Shown here: positions 18,328-26,704 of the stretch, piece after piece | Numbering within the stretch: position 1 is the stretch's first letter | Layout: every line of letters begins with the position of its first letter | IMG/VR virus record: IMGVR_UViG_3300044711_000038 | Location: 1-39,240 of that record | Length of the DNA: 39,240 bases | DNA from: a virus | Taxonomy: Duplodnaviria; Caudoviricetes | Reading direction: 5' to 3' (one strand) | Translations under genes and position numbers: made by a program | The notes under the pieces: model-generated | Databases searched by the model: none | Seen by the model: only the letters and a program-made list of their open reading frames with translations | Told to the model about the DNA's origin: nothing

Positions 18328-21300
18328 TTAGTTATGCACGATCTCAAAGACTGCTTCATTGAATGTGCTGGTGGTCGTGGTTGCTGCGGTCTTGTATGTC
18401 AGACTTAAGATTCCGAGCGCCGTGGTTGAATTGAAGGCGCTCATGGTCGGCTGAATGATGCTGAGCGTGTTTGCACCGATCATTCCATTGGTCAGGCTCT
18501 CTATCAGAAAGTCGGAAAAGCTGGTCGCTGCCGCTCCTGGTACGCGCACGGTAAATTCCATTACCACTTTGAATGGGATGGTGGTTCCGGTTCCCGATGC
18601 CGCCGTTACAGGCGTGCAGATAGCGCCGTCTGCCGTGGTTCCCGCCGTTCCCCAGCGCAGCGTAAAGGTGCTTGTATTTGCGACCGTGGCGGTACAGGTT
18701 CCTGTCAACGTGACGCGGATATGCGTTCCGGCAATCAGGCGGTTGGCTGGGAATGCCGTGCTCTTGACTATCACCGTCTCGGTCGTGTTGATGCCTGAGA
18801 CATTGGCGACGATAGCAGCTTGCCCGTTCTTGTTATTCGGCCCGACTGCCTGAATGTGACTTACGGCCCAGCCATCCGTTACGGCGGTAGAGTCGTCTAT
18901 GAAAATGGGCGAGGTCTTTACGTCATCGCAGATTGCATGATTACCTGCGACGTTCGCGCCATACTCGATTCCTGTACAGGGTGCGGTCACTGCGCCAACG
19001 TTATTCGATCCGTCGAAGCCGATGATTCTCCCGCGCGCTGTTCCGGTGATGCGAAGTCCATACTGCTGAGTCTTTGAAGCGGTGGCCTTGTTATCGTTTG
19101 CGCTGCCGCCGAGAATGGTAAACTGCGTTCCGCCCTGAACGAAAATTCCTTCCGATGTTCCGGTGCGTGATCCTGTACCTACCGCATTCATGCCATTGTC
19201 GTCCGCTTTCGGATTGACAATGGAGATGTCTGTCGTGGGCAGGATCATCGTGACGCTTGCGCCGGTTGTGCAGTTCGCGGCAGTGACTAAGTGAGTGCTG
19301 TCCGTTATCGAGGCGATCTGATGAGCAACGCCGTTGATCGTTATATTGGTGCCTGCGGGCCATGGGCCAAAACTTCCGCCGCCACCACTCACCCATACAA
19401 CTGATGTGGTTCCGTTGCAGGTTACCAAGGCGCTAAAGTCTTGCAATTGGTAGCCGGTATTCCAGTTGCGATTGGTGGAGACATTGCTCAAATTTGTGGC
19501 GGGAGCACCAAACAGTCTTATGCCCGCAGCTCCATCGTCGGCCTGCACATTCGATATTGATACTTCATAAGTGTTGAAGACTTCCATTGAGGGCAGGCCG
19601 TGGCTTAGCGTGTTCATGTCCTCGCATACGCCGTTGCTTATCCGCACCCGCGAGGACATGAAAATATCCAAGCAGTCACCCTGTTGAAAGGTATTTAGCC
19701 CGGTGATACCAACCTGGGTATTGCTGTGTCTGGCGACAAAATTGTCGATGTTGATATCGTGCGCGAATCCCGTGACTGCGATGCAGTCTGCCCAGATCAG
19801 GCTATCGCATTGAATATTTGAGGCATTGATGTACGCGGTATTCGTTGTGGGAGTGTTGTTCCCATTGATAGCCAGACACGCGCCGAAAGTGGATTGTGAC
19901 ATATCGAGGCTGGAGCAGCGTACGCGATCCACGGAGCAATTGACGCACTGCGCCATACCGACGCCGGTTGAATAGGACGCCGTTGTCGGATAGACACTTG
20001 GTTCAATGTCTATGTTCTGGATGGCGATACGATTGGAAGCGGCAGAACCTGCGATTGCCACAGCTGAAGCCGGACCAAACGTGGGCTTGCCATAGCGGAT
20101 GTTCTGAATTCGGCCATCATTCGATGAATCAACGTAAATACCCGCTCCGCCACCTGAAATGAAGATGCGATCAATCACAAAGTTGAAAGCTGCTGCAACG
20201 ACAATCGAACCGCTTCCGGCGCTTGAGGTCTGGGTGCTGGTAACCGCAAAGTTGTGCAGATAGACGTTGTTATTTTGCGGTTGGATAAAAGCGGCATTGG
20301 CTTCGAGTGAGATGATGGAGGACTCGCCCTGGCCCTCAATCTCAACAGCGGTATCGAAAACGGCGGTGTTTGAACTGGGAGCCGCTGAGCCTGCTGGGAT
20401 CGTCGTAATGTCGTAATTCTGCCCGATGGGAATGCATCCAGTAATGTTTGAAAGCAGCCAGCCTGAGCCCGCAGGGGTCTTTGCGCGCACGTTATAGCAG
20501 GTGGCGTTGAAGTTGGCCGTGGGGCTGGTGACCGTGATCTTGTTGGTTGCCCCTGCGCCAGTTGTAATCAGGCTCTCCGTTGAGCGCGTCGTCTCGCCCA
20601 CGCCATTAACCAGCGTAATAACCACGCCCCATTGAGTCGTCGCTGCGAGCGATCCGCCAGTCGTTGAGGTCGCCAGCGCTGGAGCCGAAGGCACGGCCAC
20701 CACGCTGGTCCATGCACCTGACGCGATATTCCATTTAACGGTTGAATGAATCTTTACCCGGCCCAGAATCAGCTTGTAAGACATCGCAGCCAAAGAGCCG
20801 AACTGCGTTCCACAGTTTTGGTCTCCGGTAAAGCCGCGAGCATCAATGATTCCGCCGCTTGCAAAAGCTGCATCGGCAAAGACTGCCGCAATCTTGGCGC
20901 ACATGTCCGCGCCTGCGTACTCGGTCGGGTCAAAGATAGGAGCCGATCCCCAGAACTTAGCACGTGCGGTATCAAAATCCTGTACCGTGCCAGCGGCATA
21001 AACATTGGACTGGTTGCTAAAAACAATCGAGGGCGGAATTATCTGGAAATAGCCGAAGTCTTCCCCGTCCGCTCCATCTGCTCCACGAGGCCCAGACGAT
21101 CCACTTGCCCCGGTATTTCCTATAACTCCCTGAATGCCTTGCGGCCCCGGAATAGGATACCCCGGCTCTCCGTCCTCGCCGGCAATCCCCGGAATCCCCA
21201 TCTGCCCATCAACCCCATTCGCTCCAGTAAATCCCTGTATCCCCTGTGGTCCGGGTATCGAAAATCCAGGGTCGCCATCATCCCCCGCCACTCCAGGCAT

Positions 21301-21528
21301 TCCCATCAAACCCTGTGGCCCTTGAATTCCCGGCGCTCCATCTGCCCCAGCTACCCCCGGATACCCTTGATCCCCGTCTTCTCCATCCCTGCCCGGTATA
21401 ACGACCGAAATCCCCGCTATCGTCCCAGCCGTTACAGAGAAATTTGCCCCTCCCCTGTTTACAGGAACCTGATCCCCGGCCTGTGCCGGGTCACCAATCG
21501 TCAATCCTGAAATCTTTACGTCTGCCAT
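18328..21528 (-). CDS. Collagen-repeat fibre with beta-helix (tailspike/depolymerase-like) domain
   Basis: 1066 aa; MADVKISGL start, Gly-X-Y about aa 44-158, GADMCAKI, pectate-lyase-like repeats, C-terminal beta domain. Confidence 0.85.
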   Translation of the reverse strand: MADVKISGLTIGDPAQAGDQVPVNRGGANFSVTAGTIAGISVVIPGRDGEDGDQGYPGVAGADGAPGIQGPQGLMGMPGVAGDDGDPGFSIPGPQGIQGFTGANGVDGQMGIPGIAGEDGEPGYPIPGPQGIQGVIGNTGASGSSGPRGADGADGEDFGYFQIIPPSIVFSNQSNVYAAGTVQDFDTARAKFWGSAPIFDPTEYAGADMCAKIAAVFADAAFASGGIIDARGFTGDQNCGTQFGSLAAMSYKLILGRVKIHSTVKWNIASGAWTSVVAVPSAPALATSTTGGSLAATTQWGVVITLVNGVGETTRSTESLITTGAGATNKITVTSPTANFNATCYNVRAKTPAGSGWLLSNITGCIPIGQNYDITTIPAGSAAPSSNTAVFDTAVEIEGQGESSIISLEANAAFIQPQNNNVYLHNFAVTSTQTSSAGSGSIVVAAAFNFVIDRIFISGGGAGIYVDSSNDGRIQNIRYGKPTFGPASAVAIAGSAASNRIAIQNIDIEPSVYPTTASYSTGVGMAQCVNCSVDRVRCSSLDMSQSTFGACLAINGNNTPTTNTAYINASNIQCDSLIWADCIAVTGFAHDINIDNFVARHSNTQVGITGLNTFQQGDCLDIFMSSRVRISNGVCEDMNTLSHGLPSMEVFNTYEVSISNVQADDGAAGIRLFGAPATNLSNVSTNRNWNTGYQLQDFSALVTCNGTTSVVWVSGGGGSFGPWPAGTNITINGVAHQIASITDSTHLVTAANCTTGASVTMILPTTDISIVNPKADDNGMNAVGTGSRTGTSEGIFVQGGTQFTILGGSANDNKATASKTQQYGLRITGTARGRIIGFDGSNNVGAVTAPCTGIEYGANVAGNHAICDDVKTSPIFIDDSTAVTDGWAVSHIQAVGPNNKNGQAAIVANVSGINTTETVIVKSTAFPANRLIAGTHIRVTLTGTCTATVANTSTFTLRWGTAGTTADGAICTPVTAASGTGTTIPFKVVMEFTVRVPGAAATSFSDFLIESLTNGMIGANTLSIIQPTMSAFNSTTALGILSLTYKTAATTTTSTFNEAVFEIVHN
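21055..21399 (-). repeat. Interrupted collagen Gly-X-Y repeats, 35-aa (105 bp) period
   Basis: GMPGVAGDDGDPGFSIPGPQGIQG and GIPGIAGEDGEPGYPIPGPQGIQG. Confidence 0.9.
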
Positions 21529-21678
21529 CTATTCCAGCGCAATCACGCCTGAACCGCTCTCCAGCGTGAAATGATCCAAATTCGGCTCCTGCTGCAAAAA
21601 GAACACCGGCCCTGCTACTCCCTGGGTGTTATCTATGCCAACCCTCAGCATTTGATCTGTTTGATTGAAGACCGCCAT
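21529..21678 (-). CDS. Small fibre-associated protein (49 aa)
   Basis: MAVFNQTDQMLRVG...HFTLESGSGVIALE; TAG abuts fibre ATG; below ORF-track cutoff. Confidence 0.6.
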   Translation of the reverse strand: MAVFNQTDQMLRVGIDNTQGVAGPVFFLQQEPNLDHFTLESGSGVIALE

Positions 21679-21684
21679 TTTTGC

Positions 21685-21870
21685 CTAATACTGCGTGCAC
21701 TCGAAAACCGGAGACACTATCCCGTGCGCCACCTGAAGATGCAGCAGCAAATCCCCAATCTGCTTATTCGCCTCTTCCGGCATCACATACACCTTTTCCC
21801 ACCAACACGCCGTACAGCGCACACTCTGCACCCCAGCCACTACATGCGGGAATGGGTCGAGATCAAGCAT
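21685..21870 (-). CDS. Small Cys/His zinc-finger-like protein
   Basis: CTAC...HLQVAH; ATG at 21870 preferred. Confidence 0.5.
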   Translation of the reverse strand: MLDLDPFPHVVAGVQSVRCTACWWEKVYVMPEEANKQIGDLLLHLQVAHGIVSPVFECTQY

Positions 21871-22237
21871 TTTTTGTTTTTCTCGTGCGAACGGAGTCAG
21901 CGGCGGATTTTCGGCCCCCGGCAGGGTGACTCGCCGCCCCCTTCGAAATGAGCCTTCCCGGAAAAACAATCCTTTAAAACGCTAATCATTGCGATTAATA
22001 GCCTGTGGTGAGCGTATAGGTGGTGTTATGGGCGTGTGGTGGGCGTGGGGTAGGTGAGTGTGGTCAGATCGTTAGCACGTAGCGTATCAGCGTAGGCAGC
22101 CACCTTTTGGCAGAACTCCTTTGAACCAACGATGTGCACCATCCATTCAGGCTCAGGCATCACAGGCTCTATAGATGCCGAGTTCTCGCATGACACATTT
22201 TGGCGTTCTTGCATAATTATTCAGTCTAACTGTATTG

Positions 22238-22435
22238 CTAGCCTTGCCTATTTGCCACTTGATAGCCCTTCTTTGGGTTGCCGCGCGGCTTTTCTTTCCA
22301 GTTTCCGATGGCTTTTAGCTCATCGCGGAGTAATTTGAACAGCGCAGACCGGCTATTCATGCACCTAATTAGCCCCTGAATGCGCTCTAGATCGCTCTTA
22401 GTGGCACGTAGGCTCGGCTTAATCGACATATACAA
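22238..22435 (-). CDS. Small basic hypothetical protein
   Basis: 65 aa, LRDELKAIGNWKEKPRGNP; follows terS. Confidence 0.45.
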   Translation of the reverse strand: MYMSIKPSLRATKSDLERIQGLIRCMNSRSALFKLLRDELKAIGNWKEKPRGNPKKGYQVANRQG

Positions 22436-22461
22436 TCGCGCCGTAGCAGCTCATAATTGTC

Positions 22462-22902
22462 CTATTTGCGCTCATTTGACTCGATCTGGGCATCTATCAC
22501 CGCCGGCAGCTTCGGCACGCCCTCAAAGCTCGGCAAACTCGCTGCCTGGATAACGATTATCCCCGTCTGCGAATCCTGCTGGAACATGCTCACACGCTTG
22601 TCTTTGCCCAATAATTCCAACGACTTACACGCCTGATCCTTGCCAGCCGCCACATTCGCCAACAACGCTCCACGAACTACATTTTCTTGTTCTTTTGCGT
22701 CGAATTCGTGCGCGATTTGGGCCAATTTTGCGAGCTTTTTCCTTCGAGAATGAACGAAAGTCTTAATCGCAGTAGGAAGTGGTGTAAGTCCCATGTTTGA
22801 AACGTTTTCACTATAACCTGCTGCTAGAGATGCGTGTTTCACAATTCCAGACTTGCGAAATTCTCTTTTAAAGGCTGAAATGTCTTTTTCTGTGGGCCGC
22901 AC
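22462..22902 (-). CDS. terS: Terminase small subunit
   Basis: 146 aa; N-terminal HTH with ASLAAGYS; ACKSLELLGK; near start of late region. Confidence 0.65.
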   Translation of the reverse strand: MRPTEKDISAFKREFRKSGIVKHASLAAGYSENVSNMGLTPLPTAIKTFVHSRRKKLAKLAQIAHEFDAKEQENVVRGALLANVAAGKDQACKSLELLGKDKRVSMFQQDSQTGIIVIQAASLPSFEGVPKLPAVIDAQIESNERK

Positions 22903-22929
22903 GGTAGTTCGTTAAGAAACGGAGTTGAT

Positions 22930-23265
22930 TCACTGTTCTGCCCGGATCGCTCTGAATCGCACTTGGCCCGGTAGCGCAGGTATTTGGCTGAATACGCCGA
23001 TTTGGGCCCACGGATGCATTTTTTGATTGCGCTTGTTTTTGGGCGGTTCCCACTTTAGTTTGCCCATTCCGACGCTTTCTGATGGGCCCGAAGACTCGCT
23101 CGGTGCGGCTATAACCTCTTCAGTAGGTTTGATTTGCAGGCGCTGATAGAGATAGCGTGAGACTTGGACCGCAAGCAGTTGACGAACGAGATAATCTGCC
23201 ACTGAGCGTTTTACTTTGTCTGTTGAGCGGCGATCTGCGCTGCGAATGAAGACCTTTGCGGCCAT
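22930..23265 (-). CDS. Hypothetical protein
   Basis: 111 aa, ATG abuts upstream TAA. Confidence 0.55.
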   Translation of the reverse strand: MAAKVFIRSADRRSTDKVKRSVADYLVRQLLAVQVSRYLYQRLQIKPTEEVIAAPSESSGPSESVGMGKLKWEPPKNKRNQKMHPWAQIGVFSQIPALPGQVRFRAIRAEQ

Positions 23266-23466
23266 TTAGGAGAGATTGGACGTTCCTGATTGCACTTGGA
23301 ATCCGCCGGTTGCAATTCCCATTTGCCCGATTCCGCCGCCAATGCCTTGCCAGCTCGGAGTAGCGCCAACATAGAATGGCTGCTGCCAATAAGGCCATTG
23401 CGGAGAAAGTGAGCGCCGGCCACAAGTAGGACAATAGCCGCAGCATGGACATGGTTGATTCAACAT
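23266..23466 (-). CDS. Small Cys-rich protein
   Basis: 66 aa CPCCGYCPTCGR; RBS AGGAG. Confidence 0.6.
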   Translation of the reverse strand: MLNQPCPCCGYCPTCGRRSLSPQWPYWQQPFYVGATPSWQGIGGGIGQMGIATGGFQVQSGTSNLS

Positions 23467-23714
23467 CGTTTACTCCTGATTTTGAGACGAGTCTGCCTTA
23501 TTTTGACGGGCTTACCGCCTACACGGCTGCCGTGCGTGCTGACGTTTTAAATTGGCACAGGGTTCATTTATTTTGAGTGCTATCTGCTTAAGGCGCTAGC
23601 GTCTCTTGCAGATACACCCTGTGGCACTTTGCGCAAACTCTTATCACCCTTTCACTCGGCGGAACCCGCGACAGACCCCGCCGGTTTGGTCAGGTTCCAT
23701 GCGGATGATGACTG

Positions 23715-23746
23715 AATATAGGCAGGTTAGAATGTGGATTGCAAGA
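23715..23746 (-). promoter_or_regulatory. Putative late promoter
   Basis: TTGCAA-N18-TATATT ahead of a 240-nt non-coding leader; same TCTTGCAATCCA as capsid promoter. Confidence 0.5.
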
Positions 23747-24045
23747 AGTGATATCGCTAGTGTGATGGCGTGGAACTATTTTGGCTTGCGGCGACCTGTA
23801 GGCTTTTGGGCCTTGGCCATTTTCTCTCTTCGCAACCTGCGAAGTTTGGCATAGCGCCGATTCTTATTTCAAACTTTGCGATGATGAGCCATAGATTTAA
23901 ACAACTTGCGGGCTGTTCCGTTCCGAGCGAATGACCTCCCATTTCGGAACCTAGCGGATGACTTATCAACTATCAACCCTAATTAGGTTTCCTGCCTGCC
24001 TTATTCTGCTCCCATTCGGCAGCGTCACCACAACCCGCAAACCTT

Positions 24046-24315
24046 TCAGGCGGAGGGGGCTGATTTATCAGCTTCGGGATTATCCGCGTCCGCCTCGCCC
24101 GCGTTGATTTCCCCGGCCAAATTACACAGAACATCCATCTGCTCATTGGTGATTCCTTTACCGCATTCGCAAACCATGCGGAAACAAGGACCGCCCATCT
24201 CTGCTTCATCTTCGACAACACGCATATTGCCGCCGCAAAAAGTACAAGTGCTCAGAAATGATAATTTATCGGATATAGAAGTCATCAGGCTCCGGCCTAT
24301 TTCGCAGTATAGCAT
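24046..24315 (-). CDS. Zinc-ribbon hypothetical protein
   Basis: CTFCGG...CECGK, acidic tail. Confidence 0.55.
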   Translation of the reverse strand: MLYCEIGRSLMTSISDKLSFLSTCTFCGGNMRVVEDEAEMGGPCFRMVCECGKGITNEQMDVLCNLAGEINAGEADADNPEADKSAPSA

Positions 24316-24457
24316 TCAACAACTTAGCCATTGAAACACCTTTTTCGCGGGCAAGCGCACACAGCCAGTCATAATTGCAATCATGCAGGCGAGCTAAGAA
24401 TGCAGTTTTAGCGATTCTACGTCCTTGGCGCTTTGTCTTCCCGCTGGCGGGTTTCAC
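24266..24457 (-). CDS. Ribbon-helix-helix DNA-binding protein
   Basis: AFLARL...YDWLCALAREKGVSMAKLLNAIL; GTG start overlapping upstream TGA. Confidence 0.6.
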   Translation of the reverse strand: MKPASGKTKRQGRRIAKTAFLARLHDCNYDWLCALAREKGVSMAKLLNAILRNRPEPDDFYIR

Positions 24458-24675
24458 CCGTTCATTACCTGCTTTGCTCCGCATCGTTTGCAGTAAGTTG
24501 TGCCGAAATAAAGGTTTCTGCCCATGAATTTGATGAGCGTGAAGCCTAAATCTTGCTCTCGATAGGGAATCACCGCTTTGTAGCAGCGCGATAGGTCAGG
24601 ATCGTGGCCGCTCCACCAACATTTCAACTTTGCTCGAATCTTTTCCATCTGTTCCTTCCCGCTGGCAGGTTTCAC
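24437..24675. repeat. 21-bp direct repeat pair (1 mismatch) bracketing one gene
   Basis: CTTCCCGCTGGCRGGTTTCAC at 24437-24457 and 24655-24675. Confidence 0.9.
24454..24675 (-). CDS. Small Cys/His protein (DUF1660-like)
   Basis: LKCWWSGHD...CKRCG. Confidence 0.55.
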   Translation of the reverse strand: MKPASGKEQMEKIRAKLKCWWSGHDPDLSRCYKAVIPYREQDLGFTLIKFMGRNLYFGTTYCKRCGAKQVMNG

Positions 24676-24878
24676 GGCTGGGCCTTCGATGAATTGACAA
24701 GTGTGCGGACGCGCTTCGAAGTGAGCCGATTATCCGCGAATAGTGCTCCTTCTACCTCTTTAAGCGCTGCCTCAAATTGCTCATTCGTAACGCTTTCTGG
24801 GCGCACAATTACGCCATCTTCTCCATCTAGTTCATCGAGTTGCGTTGCAATTAATTCAATCAATTCTTCGTGAGTCAC
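24672..24878 (-). CDS. Hypothetical protein
   Basis: 68 aa acidic; GTGA overlaps at both ends. Confidence 0.6.
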   Translation of the reverse strand: MTHEELIELIATQLDELDGEDGVIVRPESVTNEQFEAALKEVEGALFADNRLTSKRVRTLVNSSKAQP

Positions 24879-25069
24879 CCGCGCTCCTCCTTGTTGGCCG
24901 CCGGACAGACGTGCTCGAATGTTATCTTTCGCTTCTTCTGGTCATAGTGCGGTATTTTCCATTGCCCGCACTGCTTGCATTTGGTGATTTCCTTGGCGCG
25001 AAATTGCCCAGTGCTTTCGATGTCATCAATCAGATCGCTAATCTCATCCAACTTTTCTGGCTCGCTCAC
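24875..25069 (-). CDS. Hypothetical protein
   Basis: 64 aa CKQC...HVC; RBS AAGGAGG. Confidence 0.6.
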   Translation of the reverse strand: MSEPEKLDEISDLIDDIESTGQFRAKEITKCKQCGQWKIPHYDQKKRKITFEHVCPAANKEERG

Positions 25070-25374
25070 TGGCCCTCCTTGTTGGCTACTGGGACGCCCC
25101 GCCGCATTGGAAATTCTTTATCTACCGCTCTCATTGCAGCCTCAGCTGTTTTCCAGCGACGAGGGAATCCCGGCTTAAACATATGGCCATCCTGCGCTTT
25201 GCGTGTTCTTCCGCGATGCATAGCAAGGTACTTCTGCGAAGGGTCTGGCTCGAATGCCGTCCACATCCTTGCTGTTGGCTGGGCAGGATTGGGATGCGGA
25301 GAAGAGTCGTCCCACTTGACCACAGCGCCATCACTCCGCACGCACCGACGACCGTAATTTGCCCACGCGCTCAA
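25066..25374 (-). CDS. Hypothetical protein
   Basis: 102 aa; RRWKTAEAAMRAVD; RBS AAGGAG. Confidence 0.6.
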   Translation of the reverse strand: MSAWANYGRRCVRSDGAVVKWDDSSPHPNPAQPTARMWTAFEPDPSQKYLAMHRGRTRKAQDGHMFKPGFPRRWKTAEAAMRAVDKEFPMRRGVPVANKEGQ

Positions 25375-25523
25375 GCTTTCTCCTTCCCGCCCTCATTTTT
25401 ACTGGGCTCTCACCCTTTCGGAAGAAAGCCCAGCTTGCTTATGCAGCGTTTGTTTGTTTCACACTCGCAATAAGTGGATTCAACAATCGCCCTCTAACCA
25501 GCATTTGCAAGATCAAACTTCAT
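25371..25523 (-). pseudogene. Small gene slot with two internal stops
   Basis: MKFDLANAG*RAIVESTYCECETNKRCISKLGFLPKG*EPSKNEGGKEKA*, coupled by ATGA and TTGA overlaps at both ends. Confidence 0.4.
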
Positions 25524-25858
25524 TTCCCCGACTCCGGCTGCGCGGCCACGGGCTTTGATTTCCATGGCTCTGTTCCATTTTTTCGATTGCGGCGAATATC
25601 TTCCACCAGAGAAATAGCCGCCTTCTTCGCTCCGCGTTTCGTTCTGCCGCCATTGAGCATGTTTTGCTCTGTCCAGTATTCGATGGCTTCTTCCTTGCGG
25701 CACATTGGGCAAGGAATGTACTCCGCCGGCTCATAGTATTTGCCGCTGGAGTCACAATAATCGGCATCGTAGAGCCTTCCGCCGAAGCAGATAGAATCTG
25801 GATAAGCTGCGCCAAATTCGTAGCCCTGATAACCACACCCGGCAGGTAACCTCTTCAT
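25520..25858 (-). CDS. Hypothetical Cys-containing protein
   Basis: 112 aa GCGYQGYEFGAAYPDSICFGGRLYDAD...PCPMC. Confidence 0.65.
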   Translation of the reverse strand: MKRLPAGCGYQGYEFGAAYPDSICFGGRLYDADYCDSSGKYYEPAEYIPCPMCRKEEAIEYWTEQNMLNGGRTKRGAKKAAISLVEDIRRNRKNGTEPWKSKPVAAQPESGK

Positions 25859-26321
25859 AATTCATCCTTCACAAAATTCTCTAACTGGCAGGCGGGACAG
25901 GTCTTAGAGAACAAGATTTTATGTTTATCGCAGCGATTTTTCCGCTTGTCATCCCCCGGCTGCGCGGCCACGGTTGATGCAGGTGGCATTCTGTGCCAAG
26001 ACATCTCGGACGATTTTCCTTTGGCGGCTGCGCGGCAGAGTGAAGGTGCCGCTCCAGAAGTTCGCCCCATGACTCAATGTCTTCGCTGGCATCGTCCATC
26101 AGCTTCTGAACTTCGTGCGGCTTTAGGTCAGGCAGGTTGTGGAGCAAACGCTGTTTCCAATGTTCGCGGGCAATCTCCCGCGCTGCGCTCTCAAGGCTGG
26201 GCTGCTCGCAAATTTGCTTGATAGCGTTTAGGTTGTGCAAAGCCTTCCATAGCGCATCGGGCGGCTCTTTACAGAGTTCCATAATAGCTTTTAATCTTTG
26301 CATCGATTGACTCCATTGCAC
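25855..26321 (-). CDS. Hypothetical protein, probably frameshifted near 25973
   Basis: Frame 25881-26321 plus frame ending at 25855 with ATGA overlap; shift coincides with repeat boundary. Confidence 0.45.
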
Positions 26322-26542
26322 GCCTTATCTCGATAGTAAAAAGTACTTCTGTAGGCCCACACTTGGGGATAGTACGATACTCCCCATTTATGGATGAGTC
26401 CGGCATCCCCTGCCCAGCACGCAGCCTGTGTTACAAGGATTATTTCCCGTCCATCAGTGGCAAAATGATGTTCCCTGCCAAAATGATCAGTCGTGGAATG
26501 GCTATATACAATGTCTCTTCTGTGCTCTGAGAGTAGTGACAT
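26291..26542 (-). CDS. Hypothetical protein
   Basis: 83 aa, ATG abuts upstream TAA. Confidence 0.5.
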   Translation of the reverse strand: MSLLSEHRRDIVYSHSTTDHFGREHHFATDGREIILVTQAACWAGDAGLIHKWGVSYYPQVWAYRSTFYYRDKACNGVNRCKD

Positions 26543-26704
26543 TTATTCCAGCCCTGCCCATCTTTGCGCTACTTCGTGTTTTTGATCGGGCCATGCTTTC
26601 GGCAAAGTCCAATCGTGAAACTTCCAAGCCCATAATCGCCCACCGGACAACCCGATAAGCGGATGAGCAACTATGTGGTGAATCACCTGCCAAACCTTTT
26701 TCAT
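26543..26704 (-). CDS. Small Trp/His-rich protein (53 aa)
   Basis: MKKVWQVIHHIVAHPLIG...WKFHDWTLP; coupled at both ends; below ORF-track cutoff. Confidence 0.6.
   Translation of the reverse strand: MKKVWQVIHHIVAHPLIGLSGGRLWAWKFHDWTLPKAWPDQKHEVAQRWAGLE

Noticed and set aside
20746-21510. 254-aa plus-strand ORF and other plus-strand ORFs between 122 and 38678
   Set aside because: Antisense shadows of well-supported minus-strand genes with no recognisable motifs
1-21528. Diversity-generating retroelement or invertible fibre cassette
   Set aside because: No reverse transcriptase, template/variable repeat pair or invertase seen in the window
3659-21685. TAG stop-codon reassignment
   Set aside because: In-frame TAGs are followed by ATG and recognisable N-termini (TerL, fibre); long genes are intact under code 11; TAA junctions show the same pattern
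22026-22214. 62-aa ORF
   Set aside because: No clear RBS or motif and it runs into the low-complexity skewed tract; not called
11172-23929. 12-nt complementarity (TCGCTCGGAACG) between capsid leader and the 23.9-kb hairpin
   Set aside because: 12-mer matches are expected by chance in 39 kb and the match barely extends
23776-25523. TGA-to-Trp recoding
   Set aside because: Many genes end in TGA with ATGA/GTGA coupling and conserved genes have no internal TGA
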